A stretch of 64,000 nt of DNA from an uncultured Candidatus Micrarchaeota archaeon. Its GTDB lineage: Archaea; Micrarchaeota; Micrarchaeia; Anstonellales; Bilamarchaeaceae. Location: NCBI GenBank assembly GCA_903835385.1, contig CAILMQ010000015.1, forward strand, positions 1,252 through 65,251, written 5' to 3'. The notes below the pieces were generated by a model that did not search any database, was not told where the DNA came from, and saw only the letters and a program-made list of their open reading frames with translations. Below, one piece after another: positions 44,958 to 54,563 of the stretch. A program made the translations under genes and the position numbers. The number at the start of each line of letters is the position of its first letter. The first letter of the stretch is position 1.

Positions 44958-45030
44958 CCTGTTTCCGGTTCCCGGTTTCCAGTTTTCGGTTTCCGGTTCT
45001 CTGTCTCCAGTCCTCGGTTTCCGGTCCTGT
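44958..45030. repeat. four degenerate copies of a CGGTTTCCGGT-like motif in a divergent intergenic region
   Basis: gtttccggtt (44961-70), cggtttccag (44973-82), cggtttccggtt (about 44987-98), cggtttccggtc (about 45015-26). Located between the DRG gene start and the dsbA-like gene. Confidence 0.5.
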
Positions 45031-45207
45031 TTTTGGTTTCGTGCGCTATATTTTAATCCTTATACTGTTGCAATTGGTGTTTTAAGGCATATTTATATGC
45101 TTACCCACGGCGTGAGGCCGCAAAGATTCAAAACATTTAAATATCAGTCGGAAGTAACTATTGAACAATAGTTGCTTTAAGGGAGAGAATGAAAGAGAGG
45201 TGAGATT

Positions 45208-46050
45208 TTGGCTAATGAAACCCAGATTACGCTTAGCAAGGACCACATCTACGGAATCGTGATAGTGGCGCTCGTCGCGCTGCTCACCATATCCGTGTTC
45301 ACGAACGGTTTCGGCATAATGCCGGTAAAGAGCAACAGCACGGCTGTAAACTGCAGTCCGGTAACCGGAAACACTTCCGGCACCGCCGACAAGTTTGCGG
45401 GATTGCAGAACATGCCGCTGACAGTTGGCAATATGCCCGTGCGGGGCCAGGACAGCGCTCCTGTGACCTGGGTGGAGTTCAGCGACTTCCAGTGCCCGTA
45501 TTGCGCGAGGCTTTACACGGACACGGACACGCAGGTGGAAACCGCGTACGTCAACACCGGAAAGGTGAAGATGTACTTCAGGAACTACCCGCTCCCGCCT
45601 TCTATGCATCCGAACGCCGAGGCTGCGGCCGAGGCTTCCAGGTGCGCAAACGAGCAGGGCAAGTTCTGGGCTATGCATGACAAGCTGTTCACGGACCAGG
45701 GAACATGGTCCCCGAAAAGCGCCACCGATGTGCAGACGACCTTCGCCGGATATGCGACCGGGCTCGGGCTTGACGGCACCAAGTTCACGTCCTGCATGAC
45801 ATCCGCCAAGTACTACAACGACGTGCAGGCAGACCTTCAGGCCGGCGGGACCTTCGGAGTCAGCGGCACGCCGGGCGTGTTCGTGATGCTGCCCAAGTCC
45901 AAGACGGACTTCACCGCGCTTAAGAACGTGGTGGCCGCATCCAGCGGGGCGTTCCAGCTCTACCAGGACACAGACAGCCTGATAGTGTTCGTGGCAGGCG
46001 CGTACCCGTATTCCTCGTTCTCCCAGGTGCTGGATACGGTCACGTACTAG
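45208..46050 (+). CDS. DsbA-family thiol:disulfide oxidoreductase, membrane-anchored
   Basis: 280 aa. TTG start 4 nt after GAGGTGA. N-terminal TM IYGIVIVALVALLTISVF. Thioredoxin-fold active site FSDFQCPYCARLY. Confidence 0.8.
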   Translation: MANETQITLSKDHIYGIVIVALVALLTISVFTNGFGIMPVKSNSTAVNCSPVTGNTSGTADKFAGLQNMPLTVGNMPVRGQDSAPVTWVEFSDFQCPYCARLYTDTDTQVETAYVNTGKVKMYFRNYPLPPSMHPNAEAAAEASRCANEQGKFWAMHDKLFTDQGTWSPKSATDVQTTFAGYATGLGLDGTKFTSCMTSAKYYNDVQADLQAGGTFGVSGTPGVFVMLPKSKTDFTALKNVVAASSGAFQLYQDTDSLIVFVAGAYPYSSFSQVLDTVTY

Positions 46051-46088
46051 GAATAAGCCTTTCTTTTTTTTTCCTTAATTTTCTATTT

Positions 46089-47744
46089 TTAGCGGGTTTG
46101 CTTGTTCCCAGTGCCAAACGGGGGAAGCGGCCTGCCCGCGGTCTTTCTCGCAATCTGTTGCAGGAACTCCCTGGTGCGCGCCGGCTCCGGAAGATGGGGC
46201 CCTGTTCCGAACATCTGCCTCTGAATCTGCATGAACGTCTCCATGCGCCTCTCTGATTCCAAGGCCGTGCCGGCCTGCGGCTCGCTGCAGAGCCAGCGCA
46301 CGAGGCACTCGGACGCGATCCTGGACACTGCCGAGTCTTCCGCACCTATATTGGACGATCTCATGGCAATCTTGCAGAAAAGCGGTGACATGCCGAATAA
46401 GGCCCTGCCGTCAAATTTATCAAGCGGGAGGTGCTTTGGATGGGCGAAAAGCAGTCCCATGGCGTCCTCGGCCTGGAAAGGCTGGATCGCGGGATTGCGG
46501 CTCAGCAGCTCGAGAAGGGTGTAGTTCACCAGCCCCATCGCTCCCCTCACGCTGGGCTCCCGGATTTCCACGCCTTGGGGCCCGACGCTGTGGATATGAG
46601 GCACCACGAGCTCCGTCACGCCACGCACCGCGGCAGCCAAAGCTTCCGGGGATGGCATAGCGGCAAGGGAAAGGAACGCGGCTACTTGGATCCCTTTTGG
46701 ATCAAATGTGGGAATCGGAAAAACGTCCCTCTCACCGGGCTTCTGGAACCACGGGTGGGGAAGCTCCTTCAGGCTGAGGATGTGCCTGAACCCCAGGACG
46801 ACTTTCCGGTGCACCTCGTTGCCGACCAGGGCATAGGGGTCGCCCCGCGCGAGGGCCATGATTATGGATTTGCCTTCCAGCGGGTCTATTGCCGCGCCGC
46901 TCCGGACGAGCGCGTCCAATACCCCCTCCAAAGCCTGGTCGGGCACCAGCTCGGACGGGACCAGGCCAGCGCCGGCCGTCAACCAGGGTGAGCTCGCATC
47001 CAAGCCGGGCCTCAGAGCCGGCAGGGCCCGGGACCTGAGCGAGTGCGCCATGAGCGCAGCCAGGACGATGGGCTCCTCGCCTATGCCCGCGAGGGCGATC
47101 GACCCCCTCTGCTCGCGTTTCCGGTTCAGGCTGGTGAAAAGGGACCCGCAGAGCGCTTCCATGAAGAACTCCATCTTGCGGGCGCCGGTCATTATCTGGG
47201 AGCACGTCTCCCTTTTGCTCGATTCCGAGGACCGCACATGAATCGCCGAGAGGCAGCAGACGCAAATCCTCTCCAGGGCGGTTCCCGCAGGGCCTGGCAC
47301 GCCCCTTCCGTAGAGCGGGGTGGCGAGAATGTTCATCGCCTCCCTCCAGACCTTCTCGTCTTTCGAGCGCACCGCTATCTCCTCTAGGAGTTTGCAACAG
47401 ACGAGCAGCTTCGGAAGAGGGGTTTTTGAATTCTTGATCTCCTCTCCGACCGGCCTGAACTCATCCGGAGTGAAATTCCCGGATTCCGCGGCTTCAACGG
47501 CATCCCTCAGGAGGCTGTTGAAACGACGGGTGGAAACGGTTCTGAACAACAGACTGCCAGGGTCCTTTACGAATAGCGTTCCGTGGAGCGAAAAAAGGTC
47601 CGTGGAAAAGATTGTGCCTTGAGTCAGGCTCAGACCCGGGGAGAAGGCAATGTCAAAGCTCTTTGCCTCGCTGATGAGAGCGATAAATCTCGTGTTCATG
47701 TATAATACCCGGAGGATTGTTTTTATAAAACTATTTATTTCCAC
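46089..47744 (-). CDS. hypothetical protein (551 aa, helical)
   Basis: Long ORF beginning 2 nt after the stop of the upstream ORFan. No motif recognised. Confidence 0.5.
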   Translation of the reverse strand: MEINSFIKTILRVLYMNTRFIALISEAKSFDIAFSPGLSLTQGTIFSTDLFSLHGTLFVKDPGSLLFRTVSTRRFNSLLRDAVEAAESGNFTPDEFRPVGEEIKNSKTPLPKLLVCCKLLEEIAVRSKDEKVWREAMNILATPLYGRGVPGPAGTALERICVCCLSAIHVRSSESSKRETCSQIMTGARKMEFFMEALCGSLFTSLNRKREQRGSIALAGIGEEPIVLAALMAHSLRSRALPALRPGLDASSPWLTAGAGLVPSELVPDQALEGVLDALVRSGAAIDPLEGKSIIMALARGDPYALVGNEVHRKVVLGFRHILSLKELPHPWFQKPGERDVFPIPTFDPKGIQVAAFLSLAAMPSPEALAAAVRGVTELVVPHIHSVGPQGVEIREPSVRGAMGLVNYTLLELLSRNPAIQPFQAEDAMGLLFAHPKHLPLDKFDGRALFGMSPLFCKIAMRSSNIGAEDSAVSRIASECLVRWLCSEPQAGTALESERRMETFMQIQRQMFGTGPHLPEPARTREFLQQIARKTAGRPLPPFGTGNKQTR

Positions 47745-47745
47745 T

Positions 47746-48453
47746 TTAAGCGACTAATTCACGCTCATGCCCGGCATCCACTACCCGGCGGTCTATCCTT
47801 TTCATGAAAAGGTTGGCAGCCTGATTCGTCCCGGGGCCGTATCCAGGGCTTCTCAGCGGTGAAACTTCGCAGTACACGCGCCAAATGGCCCCGGCCGATT
47901 CCAGGCTTAACCCGTTGCACATCCGCGCGAGCAGGGAGGCGGCTTTCAGCTTCTTTACATCAAGGCCTTTGTGGATAATCTCTGGCGCGTCGCTGACGTG
48001 GCTGAGTATTTCTTCAGTAGACACTCTCGGAAGGATGTCCTCCATGAAGCGGATGGCATCCAGGACATGCGCGGTGTTGAGGCGGACGCGTCCGTATCTG
48101 AAATCGGCATCTGTCAGTAGCCTGAATGCAGCGTCGAATAGCAGGTCCGTTTTTTCGCCCGGTTTGATGGCGAGCGCTTCTGCGCGGAACCCGGCCGAAT
48201 AGCCTTCCCGCGAGAGCAGGGCTCCCAGGCTATCTTCCATGGCGCCCGTCTTGTCTGCGGTCTTATGCCTCTGGAATCCGCGCTCCAGCCGCGTCATGGG
48301 GCTCGCAGGCTCTCCGCTTATTCTTTCCAGAAGCGTAGCTTCATACGGATGAACGGGCTTTACCCGAACCCCGTGTACTGGAACTGGCGTTGGCGTAGCC
48401 TGCTTATCCGATCCATGCAGCAAGTGGCGCCTCTGAACCTGTAAACCCGCCAT
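47746..48453 (-). CDS. hypothetical protein (235 aa)
   Basis: ORF tightly coupled to 46089..47744. No motif recognised. Start uncertain. Confidence 0.45.
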   Translation of the reverse strand: MAGLQVQRRHLLHGSDKQATPTPVPVHGVRVKPVHPYEATLLERISGEPASPMTRLERGFQRHKTADKTGAMEDSLGALLSREGYSAGFRAEALAIKPGEKTDLLFDAAFRLLTDADFRYGRVRLNTAHVLDAIRFMEDILPRVSTEEILSHVSDAPEIIHKGLDVKKLKAASLLARMCNGLSLESAGAIWRVYCEVSPLRSPGYGPGTNQAANLFMKRIDRRVVDAGHERELVA

Positions 48454-48519
48454 GATTAGATTACGATTTTCTCATTTATAATGGTGAGTGTTTGTGCCCT
48501 TTTGGAGCGGGTAGGGGGC

Positions 48520-49083
48520 CTATTCCAGCCTCTTGAGCCCTGCCCACCAGGAGTTAGATTTCATTGTCCTGAGTTTCGAATGCAGCCTCTTCGCGCTGCT
48601 GGTTTTGAGCCTTTTGCCTATGATGCCCACCCAGCGCATGGTGCCGGAATTGCCCGCGTCCGCGTATTCCTTTGCTTGTATGGCGCATTCCAGGTAATCC
48701 GCGTCCTTGAGAATGGTTTTTTCGCTTTCGCTGAGTTTCAGGGCTGCTGAGAGCGCCTTTCGCATTTCTGCCGGCATGGCTTCGGTCTGCTCTGCCTCTA
48801 TTTTGCGCTCCAGTTCTTCCGTGGTGTGCACATACCTGGAGGCTATCTTGTTCATGTCCCCCAGGCGCGCCTCGAGCATGTCGTGGAACACTGCGGCCGT
48901 GCAGAGCTTTTCCGGGTCCGCGCCCTCCGTTTTCGCGAGCACGAACGCGATTATCGCGGTGCGGAACGAATGGTCGGCCACGCTTTCAGGATGCTTTATC
49001 CCTTCCGCCCACCATCCGCTCCTGGCAGTCCTTTTCAGCATGCCTGCCTCGAAGAAATACCGGACTATCGAGTCTTCGCCCAT
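48520..49083 (-). CDS. HD-domain phosphohydrolase (YfbR-like 5-prime-nucleotidase family)
   Basis: 187 aa. RSGWW...ESVADHSF (H), FHDMLEARLGD (HD). Confidence 0.8.
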   Translation of the reverse strand: MGEDSIVRYFFEAGMLKRTARSGWWAEGIKHPESVADHSFRTAIIAFVLAKTEGADPEKLCTAAVFHDMLEARLGDMNKIASRYVHTTEELERKIEAEQTEAMPAEMRKALSAALKLSESEKTILKDADYLECAIQAKEYADAGNSGTMRWVGIIGKRLKTSSAKRLHSKLRTMKSNSWWAGLKRLE

Positions 49084-49150
49084 TGTGACACCCTCTTAGG
49101 GAGCGATAGGTCGTTTCTTTTATTAATATTGCCTGCGCCTATTGGATTGA

Positions 49151-49705
49151 ATGGTCCAGCACGAGAAGGCGATTCTCAGGCAGGAGATGCTCGCGAAGAG
49201 GAACTCGCTCAGCGAGGCTGAGCGGAAAGAGAAAAGCGATGCCATAATGGAGAAATTGTTTGAAGAGCATCATTTCCGCGAGGCGAAATGCGTCTCGTTT
49301 TACATGCCCATCGGCAACGAGGTGGACACGCGGCAGATGATAGCCCGCTCCGTAGCCGCGGGGAAGGGGGTCCTCCTGCCGGCCGTGGCTTCGGACCACC
49401 ACCTGGAGCTGCGCAAATTCGAGTCTTTCGAGAACATGAAAAAGGGCAGGTTCGCCATAATGGAGCCAATCAGCGAGGAGCGGCCCGATGAGGACCCGCA
49501 CGTCATAATCCTGCCCGGCGTGGCATTCGGCTTGTGCATGCACCGCCTCGGCTACGGGAAGGGATATTACGACCGGCTGCTCGCGCGGCTCCCGTCATTC
49601 CGCATAGGAATCTGCTTCGACCTCCAGGTGCTGGAGCGGCTGCCGAGGCATTCCGACGACCAGCGGATGAACATGATAATAACCGAGAAACGGGAGATTG
49701 TGTAA
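49151..49705 (+). CDS. 5-formyltetrahydrofolate cyclo-ligase (MTHFS)
   Basis: 184 aa. ILRQEMLAKRNSLS, VSFYMPIGNEVDT, ILPGVAFGLCMHRLGYGKGYYDR. Confidence 0.8.
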   Translation: MVQHEKAILRQEMLAKRNSLSEAERKEKSDAIMEKLFEEHHFREAKCVSFYMPIGNEVDTRQMIARSVAAGKGVLLPAVASDHHLELRKFESFENMKKGRFAIMEPISEERPDEDPHVIILPGVAFGLCMHRLGYGKGYYDRLLARLPSFRIGICFDLQVLERLPRHSDDQRMNMIITEKREIV

Positions 49706-49763
49706 GGGCACGGCATAAGGAAGTTTTATAATCCTTGAACGAGAAGGGAAGGATGGCGATTCT

Positions 49764-50063
49764 ATGGTTGAGCTCCGAAGAAGCATAAAATGTTCCAACT
49801 GCGGCACGGAAACCACGCTTTACCTGGCCAGCGAAATGGTCCTGAGCGAGCTGCTGGTGCATGGAAAGTGCCAGAGGTGCGGCAATTCCCTGCAGCTCAA
49901 TTTCAACATAATAGATTCCAGCGGCCAGTCCGTAAAGTCCGACTCCGCCCAGTCGCCCGCATCGCAGGGCGCCGAATCACCTGCCGTGAACCTGGATGAG
50001 ACGCTTTTCAACGAGCCGGCGGACATCCCCAGCGATACAATAAGGGACTTGATTGAGAGTTAA
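49764..50063 (+). CDS. small zinc-ribbon protein with acidic disordered tail
   Basis: 99 aa. CSNC...CQRC. Confidence 0.45.
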   Translation: MVELRRSIKCSNCGTETTLYLASEMVLSELLVHGKCQRCGNSLQLNFNIIDSSGQSVKSDSAQSPASQGAESPAVNLDETLFNEPADIPSDTIRDLIES

Positions 50064-50074
50064 GGCCAGACAGG

Positions 50075-50863
50075 TCACAGTTTGGAAAGCAGGCCCGGAA
50101 GCCCGGCAACGGATTCCAGGACGAAATCAGGGCGCTCGCGCATTTTCAATTTTTTCAAGTCCTCTTTTTTTGCGACTCCGGTGAGCACGAGAACGCTCCT
50201 TATCCCGGCATTCTTGCCAGTGAGCACGTCCGTCTCAATCACGTCCCCGACTATCAGTGTTTCTTCCTTTTTCAGCTTGTTCTCGCGCAGCAGGAGTTCC
50301 ACGCCGTACCTGTTCGGCTTGCCCAGCACAATCGGCTTTTTGCCCGTGCACTTCTTCATCGCCGCGACTATCGCGCCTGCGCCGGGAAGGAAACCGCCCT
50401 CCACCGGAAACATCATATCTTCATTGGAAGCGATGAAGAGCGCGCCGCGGCGTATGGCCTTGAACGCCGTGGCAAGCTTTTCGTAGGTGAATTTCCTGTC
50501 CAGCCCCACGGCGACTATGTCCGCGTGCTCGTCCCGTACCACTTGCACGCCCTTGTCCAGGAGCTCGTCCTGCATGCCTGCTTCCGAGATGCAGAACACC
50601 TTCCTGCCAGGGTATTTCGTGGCGATGTAATCGGCAATCATGTAGGAGGAGCAGAAAACCTCGCTCTCCCTGGCAAAGAGCCCCGCGGCTTTGAGTTTTT
50701 TCACGGTGCTTTTCCTGGTGTGCGTGGATGCGTTCGTCAGGAAGAATATTTTTATGCCAAAGCCGCGCATTTGCTCCAGCGCCCTGGCAGCGCCGCTAAT
50801 AGCGGTCCTGCCCCGAAGCAGAGTGCCGTCCAGGTCGAGCAGTACGACTTTTATCCCAATCAT
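50075..50863 (-). CDS. HAD-IIA hydrolase (NagD / sugar phosphatase-like)
   Basis: 262 aa. VLLDLDGTL, FLTNAS, GKP, GDVIETDVLTGKNAGIRSVLVLTGV. Confidence 0.8.
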   Translation of the reverse strand: MIGIKVVLLDLDGTLLRGRTAISGAARALEQMRGFGIKIFFLTNASTHTRKSTVKKLKAAGLFARESEVFCSSYMIADYIATKYPGRKVFCISEAGMQDELLDKGVQVVRDEHADIVAVGLDRKFTYEKLATAFKAIRRGALFIASNEDMMFPVEGGFLPGAGAIVAAMKKCTGKKPIVLGKPNRYGVELLLRENKLKKEETLIVGDVIETDVLTGKNAGIRSVLVLTGVAKKEDLKKLKMRERPDFVLESVAGLPGLLSKL

Positions 50864-50898
50864 AAGGGATTTAATCGCCTCTTAACAAATTAAAACGT

Positions 50899-51534
50899 AT
50901 GCGAGTCGCGGTTCTTTTCTCGGGAGGCAAAGACAGCTGTTTCGCCGCGTCCTGGGCCATTGGACAGGGCTTCGAGACGATGCTGGTGACAGTGGAGCCC
51001 GAGGAATATTCCATGATGTTCCACCACCCCAATATCCGGGCTACGAAGATGCAGGCAGAGGCAATGGGCCTGGAGCAGGTGTTCGTGAAAACCGATGACA
51101 GGGACTGGGAAAAGAACCTGAAGGCGGCGCTGAAGAAGCTGGATGCCAGGGCTCTCGTGACCGGAGCGGTTGCGAGCACGTATCAGCGTACAAGGATAGA
51201 TAATCTGGCAAAGGAGCTGGGGGTTCCCGCTTATTCACCACTCTGGCATGCCGGGCCCGAGGTGATGGAGGAGATGCTCCGGACCATGGAAATATACGTA
51301 TCTGCGGTCTCGGCAGAGGGCCTCGGGCCCGAGTTCCTGGGAGAGCCGCTCGAAAAGCTCGTGCGCGCGAAAAAGCCGGACGTCCATCTTTTTCTGGAGG
51401 GAGGCGAGGGCGAGACGTTCGTGGCAAACGCGCCGTTTTTCAAAAAACGGATAGTGATAGAGGAATGGAAAAAGACCTGGGACGGCGTGCGCGGCGTGGC
51501 TGAGATAAAAAAGGCGAGACTGGCCGCCAAATAG
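50899..51534 (+). CDS. PP-loop ATPase of the MJ0570 / diphthine-ammonia ligase (Dph6-like) family
   Basis: 211 aa. RVAVLFSGGKDS PP-loop, GAVASTYQRTRI, EGGEGETF. Confidence 0.7.
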   Translation: MRVAVLFSGGKDSCFAASWAIGQGFETMLVTVEPEEYSMMFHHPNIRATKMQAEAMGLEQVFVKTDDRDWEKNLKAALKKLDARALVTGAVASTYQRTRIDNLAKELGVPAYSPLWHAGPEVMEEMLRTMEIYVSAVSAEGLGPEFLGEPLEKLVRAKKPDVHLFLEGGEGETFVANAPFFKKRIVIEEWKKTWDGVRGVAEIKKARLAAK

Positions 51535-51564
51535 CAATATAAGCCTGCTTTCGGAAAGCCCTTC

Positions 51565-52485
51565 ATGGCCCGCAGGACGTATTCGGATCCCGAATTGATG
51601 CGACTCCTAGAGGTAAACGCGAAAACGCTCGCGATGTTCAAGAAGGTCAGGGCGGACGCCATCAAGGAGGCCAAAACGCTCGCCGCACCGAGGAAGGGCA
51701 AAATCAAAGTGCTGGGCATATCCGGCTCTGCGCGCGACGCCTTTGACATGGCGCGCGAGGACTCCAATTCCGAGGAGCTGCTCAGGCGCTGCCTGAAGCA
51801 CTGCGAGGGGATGGGCGCGCAAACCGAGCTGCTCGCGCTGCGCAAACACAGCATAGGGCACTGCAAGGCTTGCTACTCCACCACCAACACCCAGTGCCAT
51901 TTCTACTGCTCCTGCTATCCCAAAGGGACTCCTGCGGGGGACGACATGACGAACATAATCTATGACAAGCTGCTGGCCGCGGACGCAATAATCTTCGCAA
52001 CTCCGGTGAACAACTTCAAGATATCCACGCTCATGGCGGCCTTCATAGACAGGTGCATAAGCATGGACGGCAGCCTGGGCCCGGCTGACCCCAAAGACCC
52101 GAAGAACGCGGAACTGAACAGGAAGCACATGAGGTTCATAGAGCTGACCGCGGACCCGGAGGTTCCGGGAAGCGGAATGCTCAGGAGGTTTCCCGGCAAA
52201 ATCGCCGGCGTCATCGTGTGCGGCCACGAGGCCGGCGCGGGCATGACCATAAGCAACCTGTTCATGACGCTCAATCACTACGGCATGCTCTTCCCGCCCT
52301 TTTCCAACATGTATGCGATGAGTTCCATCTGCAATTCCACCTACTCGGACAAGGGGAACATACTGGGGAACTGCTATGGCGGGGAAGTGATGGCCGTTGC
52401 GAAGAACGTCATGGCGGCCGCGAAAGCGGTGAGAAAGCAGGGCGTGCGGTTCAGCGACTGGTCCTACGACAACAGCAGGAACTAG
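51565..52485 (+). CDS. flavodoxin-fold FMN reductase / iron-sulfur flavoprotein-like protein
   Basis: 306 aa. KVLGISGSAR, Cys cluster CKACYSTTNTQCHFYCSC, IFATPVNNF. The N-terminal ~45 aa may not be translated. Confidence 0.65.
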   Translation: MARRTYSDPELMRLLEVNAKTLAMFKKVRADAIKEAKTLAAPRKGKIKVLGISGSARDAFDMAREDSNSEELLRRCLKHCEGMGAQTELLALRKHSIGHCKACYSTTNTQCHFYCSCYPKGTPAGDDMTNIIYDKLLAADAIIFATPVNNFKISTLMAAFIDRCISMDGSLGPADPKDPKNAELNRKHMRFIELTADPEVPGSGMLRRFPGKIAGVIVCGHEAGAGMTISNLFMTLNHYGMLFPPFSNMYAMSSICNSTYSDKGNILGNCYGGEVMAVAKNVMAAAKAVRKQGVRFSDWSYDNSRN

Positions 52486-52512
52486 GATTTAAAAAAGAGG
52501 AAATCGGCCTTG

Positions 52513-53073
52513 TCACCTGGTAGCCAGCCCGCACTGGTAGTCCTGGGCCAGCCATTTGTCCGCGGTCGGGCCGAATGTGCACACCTGCGTGTTGTCGCCC
52601 GTTGCGGCACAGATGCTGCCCTGGATGCACCATTTGCACTCCCCGGGAACTGTTTTCAGGCAGGACGAGCAGTCGGTGTGCACCGAGCATGCGGACGGCG
52701 CCGGAGCCAGGGGCATGCAGTCGGTGTCGGAGGAACAATCATCGGTTCCTGCACCCGGCACATGCACGCATGCGTTGTTCAGGCAGGCCAGGTGGGTGGC
52801 CAGGGGCTGCGCTGGAGCCGCGGCAGTGCAGTCGTAATGGCTGGCGCATTCGTCCGGGCCCGCGCCCGCGGTCTCCACGCACAGGGAGTTTTCGCAGGCG
52901 AAGTGAGTGGCTACGGTCTGGTTCGACTGATTGTTTGTAGGATTTGGAAGTGGGGCCGCGGTCGCGTTCCCGACAGTGAGGTATTTCTCCAAAAAGCCGC
53001 ATGGCCCGCCGACTGCCAGGATAACGAATGAGAACGCGAAAAACGCGAGTTTTTCATTACTCATATCTTCCAT
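52513..53073 (-). CDS. secreted Cys-rich protein with repeated TH.AC.N..CV...GAG.D.C..DC units and a PSI-like C-terminal module
   Basis: 186 aa. N-terminal hydrophobic anchor LAFFAFSFVILAVGG. Two similar Cys-rich units, then CSVHTDCSSCLKTVPGECKWCIQGSIC. Confidence 0.5.
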   Translation of the reverse strand: MEDMSNEKLAFFAFSFVILAVGGPCGFLEKYLTVGNATAAPLPNPTNNQSNQTVATHFACENSLCVETAGAGPDECASHYDCTAAAPAQPLATHLACLNNACVHVPGAGTDDCSSDTDCMPLAPAPSACSVHTDCSSCLKTVPGECKWCIQGSICAATGDNTQVCTFGPTADKWLAQDYQCGLATR

Positions 53074-53082
53074 GCACCCACC

Positions 53083-54069
53083 TCATATCGCCAGGTCAAT
53101 CTCCTTCTTCCCGTCACTGAGCCATATCCCCTTTTTGTCCGTGACCGCGCCGATTACCTGCGCCGGCACGTTGTGCTTCTTCGCGATGTTCAGCACCGTG
53201 CCCTCGGCATCCTGGGGCACTATGACCACCATGCCGACGCCCATGTTGAAAGTCCTGTGCATCTCGGAGAAGTCGGTGACCTTCTCGCGGAGCGCCTCGA
53301 AAACCGGTGCCGGCTTGGGCAGGCGGTCTATGCGGTAGCCGACCTCCTTGTTCAGCCGGTTTATCTTGGAGAACGCGCCTCCGGTGATGTGCGCCAGGCC
53401 GTGTACCTCCGATGCGTCTATCATCTCCAGCACCGCGCTGCAGTATATTCTCGTGGGAACGAGCATCTCTTTGCCCCATTTCTTCACGTCCAGCGCCTTG
53501 CGCGCGAGCGTGTAGCCGTTGGAATGCAATCCGGAGCTCTCCAGGCCTATGATGGCATCGCCCTTCCTGACCTGGTCGCCAAGTATCTTCTTCTTCACGC
53601 GGCCGACCACCGTGAAGGTGAGGTCGAACGGCTTTTTCCCGCCCTTTATGATGTCCGGTATGACCGCGGTTTCGCCACCCACGATGGCGCAGCCCGATTC
53701 CTCCGCGCCCTTCACCAGGCCCTTCATGACCTCGTCCACCAGCGAGCCGTCCTCCTCCGCCAGCGCGATGTAATCCACGCCCACCAGCGGCTCGGCGCCG
53801 ACGCAGAGTATGTCGTTCACCGACATGGCGATGGCGTCTATGCCCACGGTGTCGTACTTGTCCATGTCCTGTGCCACGAGCAGCTTGGTGCCCACCCCGT
53901 CCGTATGGATGACCAGGTCCTCCACGCCGCAGCGGAACAGTCCGCCGTAGTGCCCGAACACGGGGAGCGCCTCGCCATAGCCCTTCCTGAACGAAAATGT
54001 GGACCTTATCCTGTCCCATATGCCGGCCTGTATCTTCCTGACGTGGCCGACATCGATGTCGTATTTCAT
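53083..54069 (-). CDS. purM: phosphoribosylformylglycinamidine cyclo-ligase (AIR synthetase)
   Basis: 328 aa from MKYDIDVGH (alternative Met at 54093). DGVGTK, VNDILCVGAEP, GGETA, GLHSNGY, AHITGGG-like AHITGGAF. The 111-aa N-terminal extension of the track ORF is rejected. Confidence 0.9.
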   Translation of the reverse strand: MKYDIDVGHVRKIQAGIWDRIRSTFSFRKGYGEALPVFGHYGGLFRCGVEDLVIHTDGVGTKLLVAQDMDKYDTVGIDAIAMSVNDILCVGAEPLVGVDYIALAEEDGSLVDEVMKGLVKGAEESGCAIVGGETAVIPDIIKGGKKPFDLTFTVVGRVKKKILGDQVRKGDAIIGLESSGLHSNGYTLARKALDVKKWGKEMLVPTRIYCSAVLEMIDASEVHGLAHITGGAFSKINRLNKEVGYRIDRLPKPAPVFEALREKVTDFSEMHRTFNMGVGMVVIVPQDAEGTVLNIAKKHNVPAQVIGAVTDKKGIWLSDGKKEIDLAI

Positions 54070-54124
54070 AGTCTGCACTTTGCCATGATACATATTTAAT
54101 AATATTAGCGGCTCTATCCCACTC

Positions 54125-54544
54125 ATGAAGATAGGCGACGCTTTCCGCAGTTTTGCGCAGCGTGTTCTGGAAGCGGCCGGGAAGGGCGGGCTCCCGAAGC
54201 TGGAGCAGAAAAAACTGGACCACCTGCTCTCACGCACCGGAAAGCGGAACACCATACTCGCCAAGGGAATCCTCACCGCGCTCGACGCCGGCGGCGCGAC
54301 CAAGTCGGACATCGCGAAGCTGAGCGGGCTGCTGGCCGCGGCCAACGAACGCATCCTTGACGAGCGGACGCCCTTCACTTCCAGGGAAAAAACTGAACTC
54401 ACCGATATTTTCCGCAGGGCCTACATACCCAGGAAGACAACCGGCTGGTTCTCCAGCCACATAGACGAGCTGCTCGCGGAGCAGATAAAGGACGAAATAA
54501 CGGCCGGGCGGGCGACGGGCGTCCCTAAAAAGCTCAAAGCCTGA
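54125..54544 (+). CDS. hypothetical protein (139 aa)
   Basis: ORF divergent from purM. No motif recognised. Confidence 0.4.
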   Translation: MKIGDAFRSFAQRVLEAAGKGGLPKLEQKKLDHLLSRTGKRNTILAKGILTALDAGGATKSDIAKLSGLLAAANERILDERTPFTSREKTELTDIFRRAYIPRKTTGWFSSHIDELLAEQIKDEITAGRATGVPKKLKA

Positions 54545-54563
54545 CTTTAGGAGGGAACCCTGC

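Noticed and set aside
44958-45030. CRISPR array
   Set aside because: The repeats are only about 11 nt, degenerate and irregularly spaced, with no spacer structure. No CRISPR array or cas gene is evident anywhere in the window.
53083-54402. 439-aa form of the PurM ORF
   Set aside because: The first ~110 residues are Ser/Pro/Arg-rich nonsense overlapping the divergent gene 54125..54544. PurM homology begins at MKYDIDVGH (54069), with an AT-rich TATA-like element about 25-35 nt upstream.
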